Source: Candidatus Doudnabacteria bacterium
GTDB lineage: Bacteria > Patescibacteriota > Doudnabacteria > UBA920 > O2-02-FULL-48-8
Assembly (NCBI GenBank): GCA_019659055.1
Contig: JAIFWV010000003.1
Location: 14,706-78,705, forward strand
DNA: 64,000 nt
Direction: 5' to 3'
The notes under the pieces are model-generated. The model did not search any database. It saw nothing but the letters and a program-made list of their open reading frames with translations, and had not been told where the DNA came from. This document shows positions 10,186 through 17,055 of this stretch, piece after piece. The position numbers and the translations under genes are program-made. Position 1 is the first letter of the stretch; each line of letters begins with the position of its first letter.

Positions 10186-10761
10186 ATGAGAAATATTGAA
10201 ACTAGTAATATAAACGATTTGGATTATCAAAAAGCCAATATCAACCCTGATATCGGTGATCAAGGCCATGCGGCTGAAGAGGTAGTTATGGAATTTTTTA
10301 AATCTATTCCTGCCATAGAAATCCGGCCAGCAACTACACTCGAAGATTCGGGCAAGGAACAAATCGGAAAAGATAAAGCCATAGATGCGATCGGATATTT
10401 GGAGGGCAAACCAGCTTTGGGTTTACAAATAACCACTGCCACCGACAGCAAAATTCGAAATCAAAAATCAAACGATTTACTGAACAGACCTTTCATAAGA
10501 TTGCCGGAAATGAAAACGACCGACACAGCCATGCCACGGACGTTGGTTTTTATAGATGCTGCCGAAGTTAAATCATTTCTGCAAGATCATAATTTTGATA
10601 ATCATCCGAAACTTAAACATCAGATTGTTGAAAGCAATGTAAACAGTTTGAAACTAGCACTTATGAAAACGCAGAATCCAAAAGAGCAAGAACTGATCAA
10701 CAAGCTGATGGTAATCTTCAGAGAACAACTTTCGGATAATGAAAAAGGCAAGACCCACTAG
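10186..10761 (+). CDS. Hypothetical protein, PD-(D/E)XK nuclease-like
   Basis: AEEVV..ED..AIDAIG..LGLQIT pattern; AT-rich relative to neighbours. Confidence 0.5.
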   Translation: MRNIETSNINDLDYQKANINPDIGDQGHAAEEVVMEFFKSIPAIEIRPATTLEDSGKEQIGKDKAIDAIGYLEGKPALGLQITTATDSKIRNQKSNDLLNRPFIRLPEMKTTDTAMPRTLVFIDAAEVKSFLQDHNFDNHPKLKHQIVESNVNSLKLALMKTQNPKEQELINKLMVIFREQLSDNEKGKTH

Positions 10762-11010
10762 CTAGTGAATCTTGCCCAAAATCTGCGCCTTATCTATGGT
10801 AGCGTATTGTCCTCCTCCAAGTCGGAAGTAGAACTTGTCCGTATCCTGAGATACGGCCACGACTACTTCGCCTCCCTCGTCGAGCTCAAAAATGAGCTCG
10901 CTCGTTTTTTTGTTGACCCGTATTCCCTTCAGTTCCAGGGGTGTTTGGAGACTCAATCTCGGTAAAACTTGCGCTATCAATTGCAGCGTCGGTCCGTCTA
11001 CCGCCCGCAC
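10762..11010 (-). CDS. Hypothetical protein
   Basis: AGGAGG before a GTG start. Confidence 0.6.
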   Translation of the reverse strand: MRAVDGPTLQLIAQVLPRLSLQTPLELKGIRVNKKTSELIFELDEGGEVVVAVSQDTDKFYFRLGGGQYATIDKAQILGKIH

Positions 11011-11026
11011 TTGATCCTCCTTTCGA

Positions 11027-11359
11027 CTACTCTTTGAGTCCGGCCTTCTCTTTTGCCTTTTTCAAGGTCTCCTGGAATGCCGGATCATTCGCAATCCGCT
11101 TGGTTACGTTCTCCAGGGCCTTGGAAGCGTCAAACCGAAACTCCCTGGGCTTTTCACAGACCCCACATTTGACAAACAGCACATCGAGAAGTCGGTTGCT
11201 GCCATCATCTGTCTTCTGGAGTTCCTGACGGACGAACTTGTAGGAACCTCCGCAGTTACACGAAGTTTTCCTGACAATGTCATATTCTTCCGCGACGTTC
11301 TCGACACCGATGAGACTCACAGGATCGGAGATGATATCGTCTTTGACGCCTCTCTTCAT
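11027..11359 (-). CDS. Zinc-ribbon protein
   Basis: CNC...CGVC; GGAGG SD; upstream TTGACA-N17-TATACT. Confidence 0.7.
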   Translation of the reverse strand: MKRGVKDDIISDPVSLIGVENVAEEYDIVRKTSCNCGGSYKFVRQELQKTDDGSNRLLDVLFVKCGVCEKPREFRFDASKALENVTKRIANDPAFQETLKKAKEKAGLKE

Positions 11360-11416
11360 TCAAACCTCCATTGTCAACTTGCCAGTATAGAGGTTTTCCG
11401 AGGCCTTGTCAACGCT

Positions 11417-12112
11417 TTAGGTCACCCGTTCCAAAAGCTCGCGATGGACAATCTGCAATTGCTTATTATGTACATCTGCGGGTACGCATTTGAGCAGAAG
11501 CTCTTGATCGATGTTCTCTACACCCTTGCCGTCGAAAACATCTAAAACTTGGGAGAAAATCTTCCAAAACGCAATGCAGATTCCAGGAGTCTTACTAGAA
11601 TCGGCTGTATCGCATGCAAACGACATCGGAAGATTATACTCAAGGCAGATCTCAAGACTGAGATTTGGCCCAATGGAACCAAAAATCCTCGCCGCATGCC
11701 CGGCAACGTCAACCTTGAGTGCCTGTGCGTGAGCAAAGTCTTGAAAAGTTTTGATGAACTTTTCACCGAAGGCGGCGTCCTTAAACAACATCGTGATGTA
11801 AGCCAGACTTCGGTTGGGATGAGCCGAGCACGAGTTCGTAGTGATAACCGGCAAATCCAGGAGCCTGGAAACAATATTTTTTATTGCCGGATCAACCAGC
11901 AGAAGTATTTGCGATTTGGAAACCCCCACCCTCAAAAGCACTTTCCAGACTTGCGTGTTGGTGATAGGTTCCGTCACCAGCGGCATGCCTGAAGCTCTGT
12001 CCCAGTCAATGAAGAGGACATCCTGGCTTGTCTTTTTGTACTCGGGTCTTAGATCGCCATAATAAATAAGGTGATTGGCCAAGGCATGAAGAGCGGTAAG
12101 ATCGTAAGACAT
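11417..12112 (-). CDS. Hypothetical protein with a TYW3-like TTxSCSxH motif
   Basis: DPAIKNIVSRLL..ITTNSCSAH; GGAGG before the ATG at 12112. Confidence 0.6.
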   Translation of the reverse strand: MSYDLTALHALANHLIYYGDLRPEYKKTSQDVLFIDWDRASGMPLVTEPITNTQVWKVLLRVGVSKSQILLLVDPAIKNIVSRLLDLPVITTNSCSAHPNRSLAYITMLFKDAAFGEKFIKTFQDFAHAQALKVDVAGHAARIFGSIGPNLSLEICLEYNLPMSFACDTADSSKTPGICIAFWKIFSQVLDVFDGKGVENIDQELLLKCVPADVHNKQLQIVHRELLERVT

Positions 12113-12195
12113 GTATCCTCCATACAGATTTTCCAGAAACATTAACAGCTGAGTGTATTAAAAATTGGACTCGCTGTCAATATATTTATTAAACG

Positions 12196-12225
12196 AAAAG
12201 AGCGGCACAATTGCTTGTGACGCTC
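12196..12225 (-). terminator. Putative terminator ending the RNA-rich operon
   Basis: GAGCGTCACAA/TTGTGCCGCTC followed by TTTT on the minus strand. Confidence 0.55.
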
Positions 12226-12235
12226 CGTAGTTCAT

Positions 12236-12373
12236 TCATTTGTCCTCCTTCTTCCATTTTTGTTTTTCTTCTGACCGCTTGTACGCTCCTCGGCCTTTGT
12301 CGGGCCGATGAAATCCGCCGGTCTGGCGCGGCAGTGGCACACGCGGCAGTTTGGGTTTGCGGTCCTTACTCAT
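12236..12373 (-). CDS. 45-aa ArfA-like (alternative ribosome rescue factor-like) small protein
   Basis: Manual translation: MSKDRKPKLPRVPLPRQTGGFHRPDKGRGAYKRSEEKQKWKKEDK. KGRGAYKR resembles ArfA KGKGSYxR. ATGA overlap with the upstream gene. Confidence 0.65.
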   Translation of the reverse strand: MSKDRKPKLPRVPLPRQTGGFHRPDKGRGAYKRSEEKQKWKKEDK

Positions 12374-12672
12374 TTCTTTCCTCCCCAGGCAAGCATAACC
12401 TGCCATTTGTCGCGGTAAAAAATATTCAGGCGGCGATCGTTTTCTTTGACCACGATGATCTTCGCTAAAAAACCGCGCGAACGAATTCTCGCCAGAACTT
12501 TATGTCCGCTACGCCGCCAGCCGTATTCAGTATAAAAGAATTTACAGCTCTTGCCTTCCTGCCATTTCCATCTTCGGCCTGGTCCAGGCAATCCGGACTC
12601 AACCATTGCATCAGCAGCCAAAAGCATTGCTGAATTGAAGAGAGCTCCGGGAACTTCGATTCTGCGAAACAT
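12370..12672 (-). CDS. Small basic hypothetical protein
   Basis: GGAGG + ATG at 12672; FFYTEYGW..IFYRDKWQV. Confidence 0.65.
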   Translation of the reverse strand: MFRRIEVPGALFNSAMLLAADAMVESGLPGPGRRWKWQEGKSCKFFYTEYGWRRSGHKVLARIRSRGFLAKIIVVKENDRRLNIFYRDKWQVMLAWGGKK

Positions 12673-12695
12673 TTTTCCTCCATAGAGAACCCGGG

Positions 12696-12890
12696 GAGAT
12701 GTGAAGGCGCTGGACTCTAGCAAGCGGTTTGCACCCGCAAGCTTCAAGGTCAAAAAGTCCATTCTGAAGCACCGGGAGACTTGAATGCGCGCCCGCTTTG
12801 CGGACACCACCCCCTCCAAGGTCCCATGCGCTGGCTTGCTGAAGGCCAAGCTTCCGATGCACGGTGTTTTTGCCTACGCCCTCACATCCC
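12696..12890 (-). ncRNA. Putative multi-stem structured RNA
   Basis: 15-bp closing helix (12876-12890 with 12696-12710) with three G-U pairs only on minus. Inner helices CACCG/CGGTG and TGGACTTT/AGAGTCCA, plus a GCAA-capped hairpin. Confidence 0.5.
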
Positions 12891-12973
12891 TCTGCTTGGG
12901 CCGGCCAGATTTTTATGGCAAACGATTGACCGGCTCAAGGAGAGGGACAAACTGTTGTTGCAACAGTTTGTGC
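12888..12973 (-). repeat. Double-hairpin element, copy C (diverged)
   Basis: GCACAAAC..GTTTGT-CCCTCTCCTTGAGCCG..CGGCCCAAGCAGAGGG. Confidence 0.65.
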
Positions 12974-12980
12974 AAAAAAT

Positions 12981-13134
12981 GTGCAGTCCGGGTCTTTGGC
13001 ATTGCGAGTGTTGGCCACCTCCCCATGTTTCCAACTTAGCCACTCGCTTTGCGACCCAGTGATCCGCCCTCGCTAAAAGCTTAGGCGGACCGTGTGCGGT
13101 TTACCGCACTCAGAATAGCCTCGAGCCGCTGCAC
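12981..13134 (-). ncRNA. Putative multi-branch structured RNA
   Basis: GTGCAG/CTGCAC enclosing GTGCG-GTAAAC-CGCAC, TCCGCC/GGCGGA, CTGGGTC/GACCCGG and GCGAGTG/CACTCGC. Confidence 0.45.
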
Positions 13135-13149
13135 CGGCTTGGCCGCGAT

Positions 13150-13440
13150 TCACAACTTATTTTTCAAACACCGATTTAAATAATTGCCGGTGATTTTACC
13201 ACCCTTTTCGACAGCGGTCTGGATGCAATCATCGCAAGCAAGACCCACATTGGGTTTTACCTCGGTGTGCGTCAGATCGATTTCATCGCCATCAAACTTA
13301 AACGAACCATAATACCCCGTAGCGAGAAGTCGACCATCTTCTTGGCACACTTCCACGCTACAGCCGTAACCCTGATCTGAACTGTTCGGAACACAGGGTT
13401 CAAACTGTTTTTGACAAGTGGCACAGATTATCTGTGGCAT
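13150..13440 (-). CDS. Small Cys-rich (CxxC...CxxC) protein
   Basis: AGGAGG + ATG at 13440; CATC, GYYGSFKFD, CDDC. Confidence 0.7.
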   Translation of the reverse strand: MPQIICATCQKQFEPCVPNSSDQGYGCSVEVCQEDGRLLATGYYGSFKFDGDEIDLTHTEVKPNVGLACDDCIQTAVEKGGKITGNYLNRCLKNKL

Positions 13441-13444
13441 TGTT

Positions 13445-13515
13445 CCTCCTTCTTCAGCCGATGATGCCTGCACATTATCGGCTCAAGAGGGGGCACAAAC
13501 TTTTTCAGTTTGTGC
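13445..13515 (-). repeat. Double-hairpin element, copy B
   Basis: 13448-13501 matches 14187-14240 at 53 of 54 nt. Confidence 0.9.
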
Positions 13516-13635
13516 GTGGGATGTAACTGTGTGCAAGGTCACAGTTACGGAATCCCGAGGTCGCGGTGGTCTCGCCCTGCTTTATTTATTGGAGCAGGAT
13601 CCCCGCTTTCGCATACCTTATGCGCCTGTTTGGAA

Positions 13636-14163
13636 TCAAAAGGTTTTGATAAGCCCCGTGCGAGCCTTGCGGTCTGCAGTCGACGCCCATACCGCGAGTC
13701 CACGTCCTAAGTCCACTTTCATCATGGGACCGGTTCCGTAGAAACGCTGAGTATGATAGCCGAAGGCAATCCGCCGAGTTACGTTTACAAGTCCGGTAGA
13801 CTTGTACCAGTAACCCGAGCCGCCGTGCTCTGTAACGAAGTAGAACGATACTCTGTTCTTCCCCGCCCAGACTTCGGGACTTATCCGCCAAGGACGGCGG
13901 TCCGTTTCGATTCCTGCCACCACGCCAACCCACAACCATGGCTTCAGGGATTTGGATACACCGAGGAGACCTTCTCCCCATTTATCCGTCACCAGAAACC
14001 ATGCCGTGAGATCGACCTTCTTCCCAGATTTCACAACCTGGGCGTCGATTGTCGGCGTAATGCCCGTGGTTACCAGCTCGTTCTGGCTTTCCACGAAGGT
14101 CTGGGCCGAAACCCGAACCCCGAAAACCAGGACAAGGACAAACACGAACATTATTTTTTTCAC
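13636..14163 (-). CDS. Secreted protein with beta-barrel-like features
   Basis: AGGAGG + GTG; signal peptide ending VSA; alternating aromatic/Gly strands; terminal Phe. Confidence 0.7.
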   Translation of the reverse strand: MKKIMFVFVLVLVFGVRVSAQTFVESQNELVTTGITPTIDAQVVKSGKKVDLTAWFLVTDKWGEGLLGVSKSLKPWLWVGVVAGIETDRRPWRISPEVWAGKNRVSFYFVTEHGGSGYWYKSTGLVNVTRRIAFGYHTQRFYGTGPMMKVDLGRGLAVWASTADRKARTGLIKTF

Positions 14164-14185
14164 TAATCCTCCTTTAGGGATCATT

Positions 14186-14260
14186 CCCTTCTTCAGCCGA
14201 TGATGCCTGCACATTATCGGCTCAAGAAGGGGCACAAACTCGAATTGCTCGAGGTTGTGC
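14186..14260 (-). repeat. Double-hairpin element, copy A
   Basis: GCACAA..TTGTGC then CCCTTCTTGAGCCGAT..ATCGGCTGAAGAAGGG. Confidence 0.9.
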
Positions 14261-14307
14261 AGAAACCTTCACGTGTCTCCTCCTGGAGAGATTTGGTGGG
14301 ACCAGGC

Positions 14308-14628
14308 CTAGCCTGGTCTGGTGGCAGATTTTGGATCCGCCGGCATGACCTTCTCGAAGGCCGCGTACATCGAGAAAAACTTGGCGTCCTTCTCACGCGT
14401 CTCCATACGCCTCTCGATTTCCTTGATGGTATCGAGATAGCGGAAGGTTTTGATCTTCTGCTCACGCGCCGCGTGGTTGTGGCGCGAACAGAGGACGTGG
14501 TTGGTGAGCTCGGCAACCGAAATTGCCCGCTTCACAACCTTGCGAATCGCGGCCAGCTCAGGCACGAATGCCTGGTCCGGTGAAAACCGCGAACCGCAGT
14601 TGGGAACGACGCACTTCAGTACACTCAT
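14308..14628 (-). CDS. Small putative zinc-finger protein
   Basis: GGAGGTGAGTATG start; CVVPNC...CSRH. Confidence 0.7.
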   Translation of the reverse strand: MSVLKCVVPNCGSRFSPDQAFVPELAAIRKVVKRAISVAELTNHVLCSRHNHAAREQKIKTFRYLDTIKEIERRMETREKDAKFFSMYAAFEKVMPADPKSATRPG

Positions 14629-14664
14629 ACTCACCTCCAGTTGTGGTTGTTTATTTTGAAAGCT

Positions 14665-14917
14665 TTGGCGCCCCGATGTCGTCATGAGTAATGTAGACTC
14701 AATCACAGGCTAAGACCCAGACCCAGACGAGCGTTCCCCTGCAGACTTCAGACTCAGACCTTGATTCTAAAAGTCGCGGGAAACACTCCGAGTTCATAAG
14801 TTTTAGCTTTATGATTTAAGCTCATAATTTCTCATGACAACATCGGGTGTACCAAGACTACCTTTGGGGAGATCGTGTCCGGGATGGACACTCCCTCACC
14901 TCGGGTAATCCTGGTAC
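14665..14917 (-). ncRNA. Putative ncRNA with 6-nt periodic GUCURN repeats, downstream of the coiled-coil gene
   Basis: 17-bp, 14-bp and 11-bp helices with G-U wobbles specific to the minus strand; hexamer runs at 14693-14728 and 14741-14759. Confidence 0.65.
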
Positions 14918-14943
14918 CAAGCCGCAGCCTCAGATCCGGGGCG

Positions 14944-15885
14944 CTACTCCTCGCGCACCTTCAGGCCTGCAAGTTCTTGCAGGGCCTGCTGGCGGAGAGT
15001 TTCGGCCGCGGACCTGATCCGCTCCATCTCCAGGTGGTACCTTTCGGCTTCCACCCGGTAGATGCCGTACGCGGACTGGTAGGCGCGCTCCTGTTCCAGG
15101 TTGTAAGCCCGGACGGCGTCCTTGATCTGCTTCTTACAGCCGTTGAGCTGTCTCTGCAGATCGTTGTACTCCGCTTGGAGCTTGTCACGCAAGCCCGAGA
15201 GGCTTGTGAGCTCCTCTTCGGAGTAGGCACGCTTCCATTGAGTGATCGCCCACCCTGTCTGGGTGAGCTGCCGCTCGCCCAATGGCAGAGGCTTGATCAA
15301 CTCGCGGAAAAACGCGCTTTGCTCCGAGAGGAGCTTGCCGAGCACGGCGGCACGGCTGTTGAGTTCGTTCGCTTTCTTCCAGAAAGCGAATTCGAACTTC
15401 TCGAGCACAACCGGGTTCAGGTTGGCAATCATCTCGTCAATGTTTGCCAAATCCATGAACTTGTCGGTTGAGCAAATCGTGCCGCGTGATGCCCCGTCCG
15501 GCGAAACCGGAAGCTCGGGCAAAGGATTTGCGATAAACGATCGCAGGTCCATGTGCTCAAGCTCGGCCTGGAAACTCTTGTAGAGTTTCAGGCTATGCAT
15601 GAGCGTGGCTACGCGGGCGTTGCGCTTTGCAACTCCCGTGTAGGCGTCGATGTCTTTCTCCTGGAGTTTGGCTACGTACAGTTCCTTGGAACTGGAACCG
15701 CCTCCAAGAAAAGAGAGCTCGGGCTGGAAAACGGTGCGGATTGCATCCGACACTCGTCCCCAGAACGTGTCGTTCTCCTGCTTGTGCTCGGCCTGGATCC
15801 GCGAAATCTCGCTGATCGAAACGCCGGCACCCGCCGTGAGGAACATCGGAACGCGCACACCGAAGATACGGGTCAGGTTTTCCAT
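14944..15885 (-). CDS. All-helical coiled-coil protein (313 aa)
   Basis: AGGAGGT + ATG at 15885; long heptad C-terminus LQAEYNDLQRQLNGCKKQIKDAV...LAGLKV. Confidence 0.8.
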   Translation of the reverse strand: MENLTRIFGVRVPMFLTAGAGVSISEISRIQAEHKQENDTFWGRVSDAIRTVFQPELSFLGGGSSSKELYVAKLQEKDIDAYTGVAKRNARVATLMHSLKLYKSFQAELEHMDLRSFIANPLPELPVSPDGASRGTICSTDKFMDLANIDEMIANLNPVVLEKFEFAFWKKANELNSRAAVLGKLLSEQSAFFRELIKPLPLGERQLTQTGWAITQWKRAYSEEELTSLSGLRDKLQAEYNDLQRQLNGCKKQIKDAVRAYNLEQERAYQSAYGIYRVEAERYHLEMERIRSAAETLRQQALQELAGLKVREE

Positions 15886-15952
15886 AGCACACCTCCTGAA
15901 AGCCACATACTCGTGTGGCGTTTTTGTTGTTGGTTGAATTGGGAAGGAACTT

Positions 15953-16018
15953 CCCCCACCTAAACTGATTTTATTAAACCAGCTTGGGCAGGGGCATAAA
16001 TCAACTGGTGATTTATGC
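15953..16018 (-). repeat. Double-hairpin element, copy D (most diverged)
   Basis: GCATAAAT..ATTTATGC-CCCT..GGGG; compensatory variant of GCACAAAC/GTTTGTGC. Confidence 0.5.
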
Positions 16019-16118
16019 GAATCGTCTTTGACCTCCAAGACAAGGAGTGTTCGTATAGGCCCAACACACAAGGCACGGGATCAATCGCAGGCAAGGGGCT
16101 ACGACTGATCATTGGGAC

Positions 16119-16292
16119 TTAGCGCCAGGTTCGGCGCGTCATCCCTCCCATCGGAATGGAGATGATGCGGACGAAGTTCCGAGGCTCTTTCGAACCGCGG
16201 GCCTTCTTGGGCTTGGCCGCAATCGGCTGACCGGCGGGGGTAAACCCGTGCGAACGCAGAATCTGATCCGCCGCGGCCGTAAGATTTTTCAT
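16119..16292 (-). CDS. 57-aa basic protein, first gene of the RNA-rich operon
   Basis: GGAGG + ATG at 16292; MKNLTAAADQILRSHG...PMGGMTRRTWR. Confidence 0.6.
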   Translation of the reverse strand: MKNLTAAADQILRSHGFTPAGQPIAAKPKKARGSKEPRNFVRIISIPMGGMTRRTWR

Positions 16293-16403
16293 CTCTGTCC
16301 TCCAAAAACTTGGGGTAAGTAGCTTACCCAGGTCAGCTCCTAGGGTACTTTGATTAACTAGGAGCCAGCCTCGAAAAACTACTGTGTCAGTCCCTAACAA
16401 CAA

Positions 16404-16432
16404 ATCTTAGACGATTTTAGAAATTCTGTCAA
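16404..16432 (-). promoter_or_regulatory. Sigma70-type promoter of the RNA-rich operon
   Basis: TTGACA-N17-TAAGAT. Confidence 0.65.
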
Positions 16433-16560
16433 GGGCATTTGACGATGTTACCGTATTTTTGGCTTATCTTAGCCATTATTTTTATGTCTAGGATGACTGA
16501 CATAATTGCAATTAAGTTGCTTATATGTAAACTTTACCCACGTCTATGAGTCAGATAGAG

Positions 16561-16589
16561 TTGACAAAAAACCCAATCTGGTATATACT
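16561..16589 (+). promoter_or_regulatory. Sigma70-type promoter
   Basis: TTGACA-N17-TATACT. Confidence 0.7.
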
Positions 16590-17007
16590 TTAAACAGTCA
16601 TTTTCTCCCTACGGCCCTCTATCTTGGAGGTGAGTATGGGTTTCTAGATGGGACGGGTCCCGGAACGCCGGGGCCCTAGCCCGCCTCCCACACTCTAATC
16701 CAGAATTTGGCCAAGGGAATCCTGTAAAACGAGGGACAGGATTGAGCGCCCATTGTCGTCAACAATAAAATGCAGGAGGAATTAGATTGTCGCGTATCAG
16801 GAGTTTTTTGCCTAACTTATTGTATGATCAGTCGCTTTCTGGTGCCCAGGGAACCAGAGGCAACCCCTCGCACGAAAGAAGCCAATGCATCCGAGAAAAG
16901 CAGGCGAAGGTTTCGCCACCACCAAGTAATGCAGAATGACCGGCGCCGACGCGATTTGGCCCGTAAGGGACTGTAAACATTCGGTCTCATTTGGGCCAAG
17001 CCGAAAA

Positions 17008-17048
17008 GAGCCGGGTCACACCATGTGTGACCCGGCTCGATTTTTTTT
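17008..17048 (+). terminator. Intrinsic terminator (possibly bidirectional)
   Basis: GAGCCGGGTCACA/TGTGACCCGGCTC followed by T8. Confidence 0.85.
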
Positions 17049-17055
17049 ATCTATA

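Noticed and set aside
13063-13089. Twister ribozyme (CCGCCUAA..GGGCGG resemblance)
   Set aside because: Too short for the core; better explained as a palindrome family also present at 53579
13445-14260. SECIS/selenocysteine or UGA recoding
   Set aside because: Readthrough joins the downstream gene only in copy B, which has its own SD and ATG. UGA is an ordinary stop in other genes here, and no sel genes are in the window.
14693-14760. CRISPR or TIGR-type guide array
   Set aside because: The period is only 6 nt, with no unique spacers, and no Cas or Nop-domain gene is nearby
12888-16018. c-di-GMP-I riboswitch or CdaR operator for GCACAAAC..GTTTGTGC
   Set aside because: Lacks the GAAA tetraloop and GCAAAG core; variable spacing argues against a DNA operator
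16596-17000. tmRNA, RNase P or SRP RNA
   Set aside because: No tRNA-like ends, GAGGAAAGTCC or SRP loop motif found
4340-17050. Prophage or ICE
   Set aside because: No integrase, terminase, capsid, relaxase or att repeats recognised
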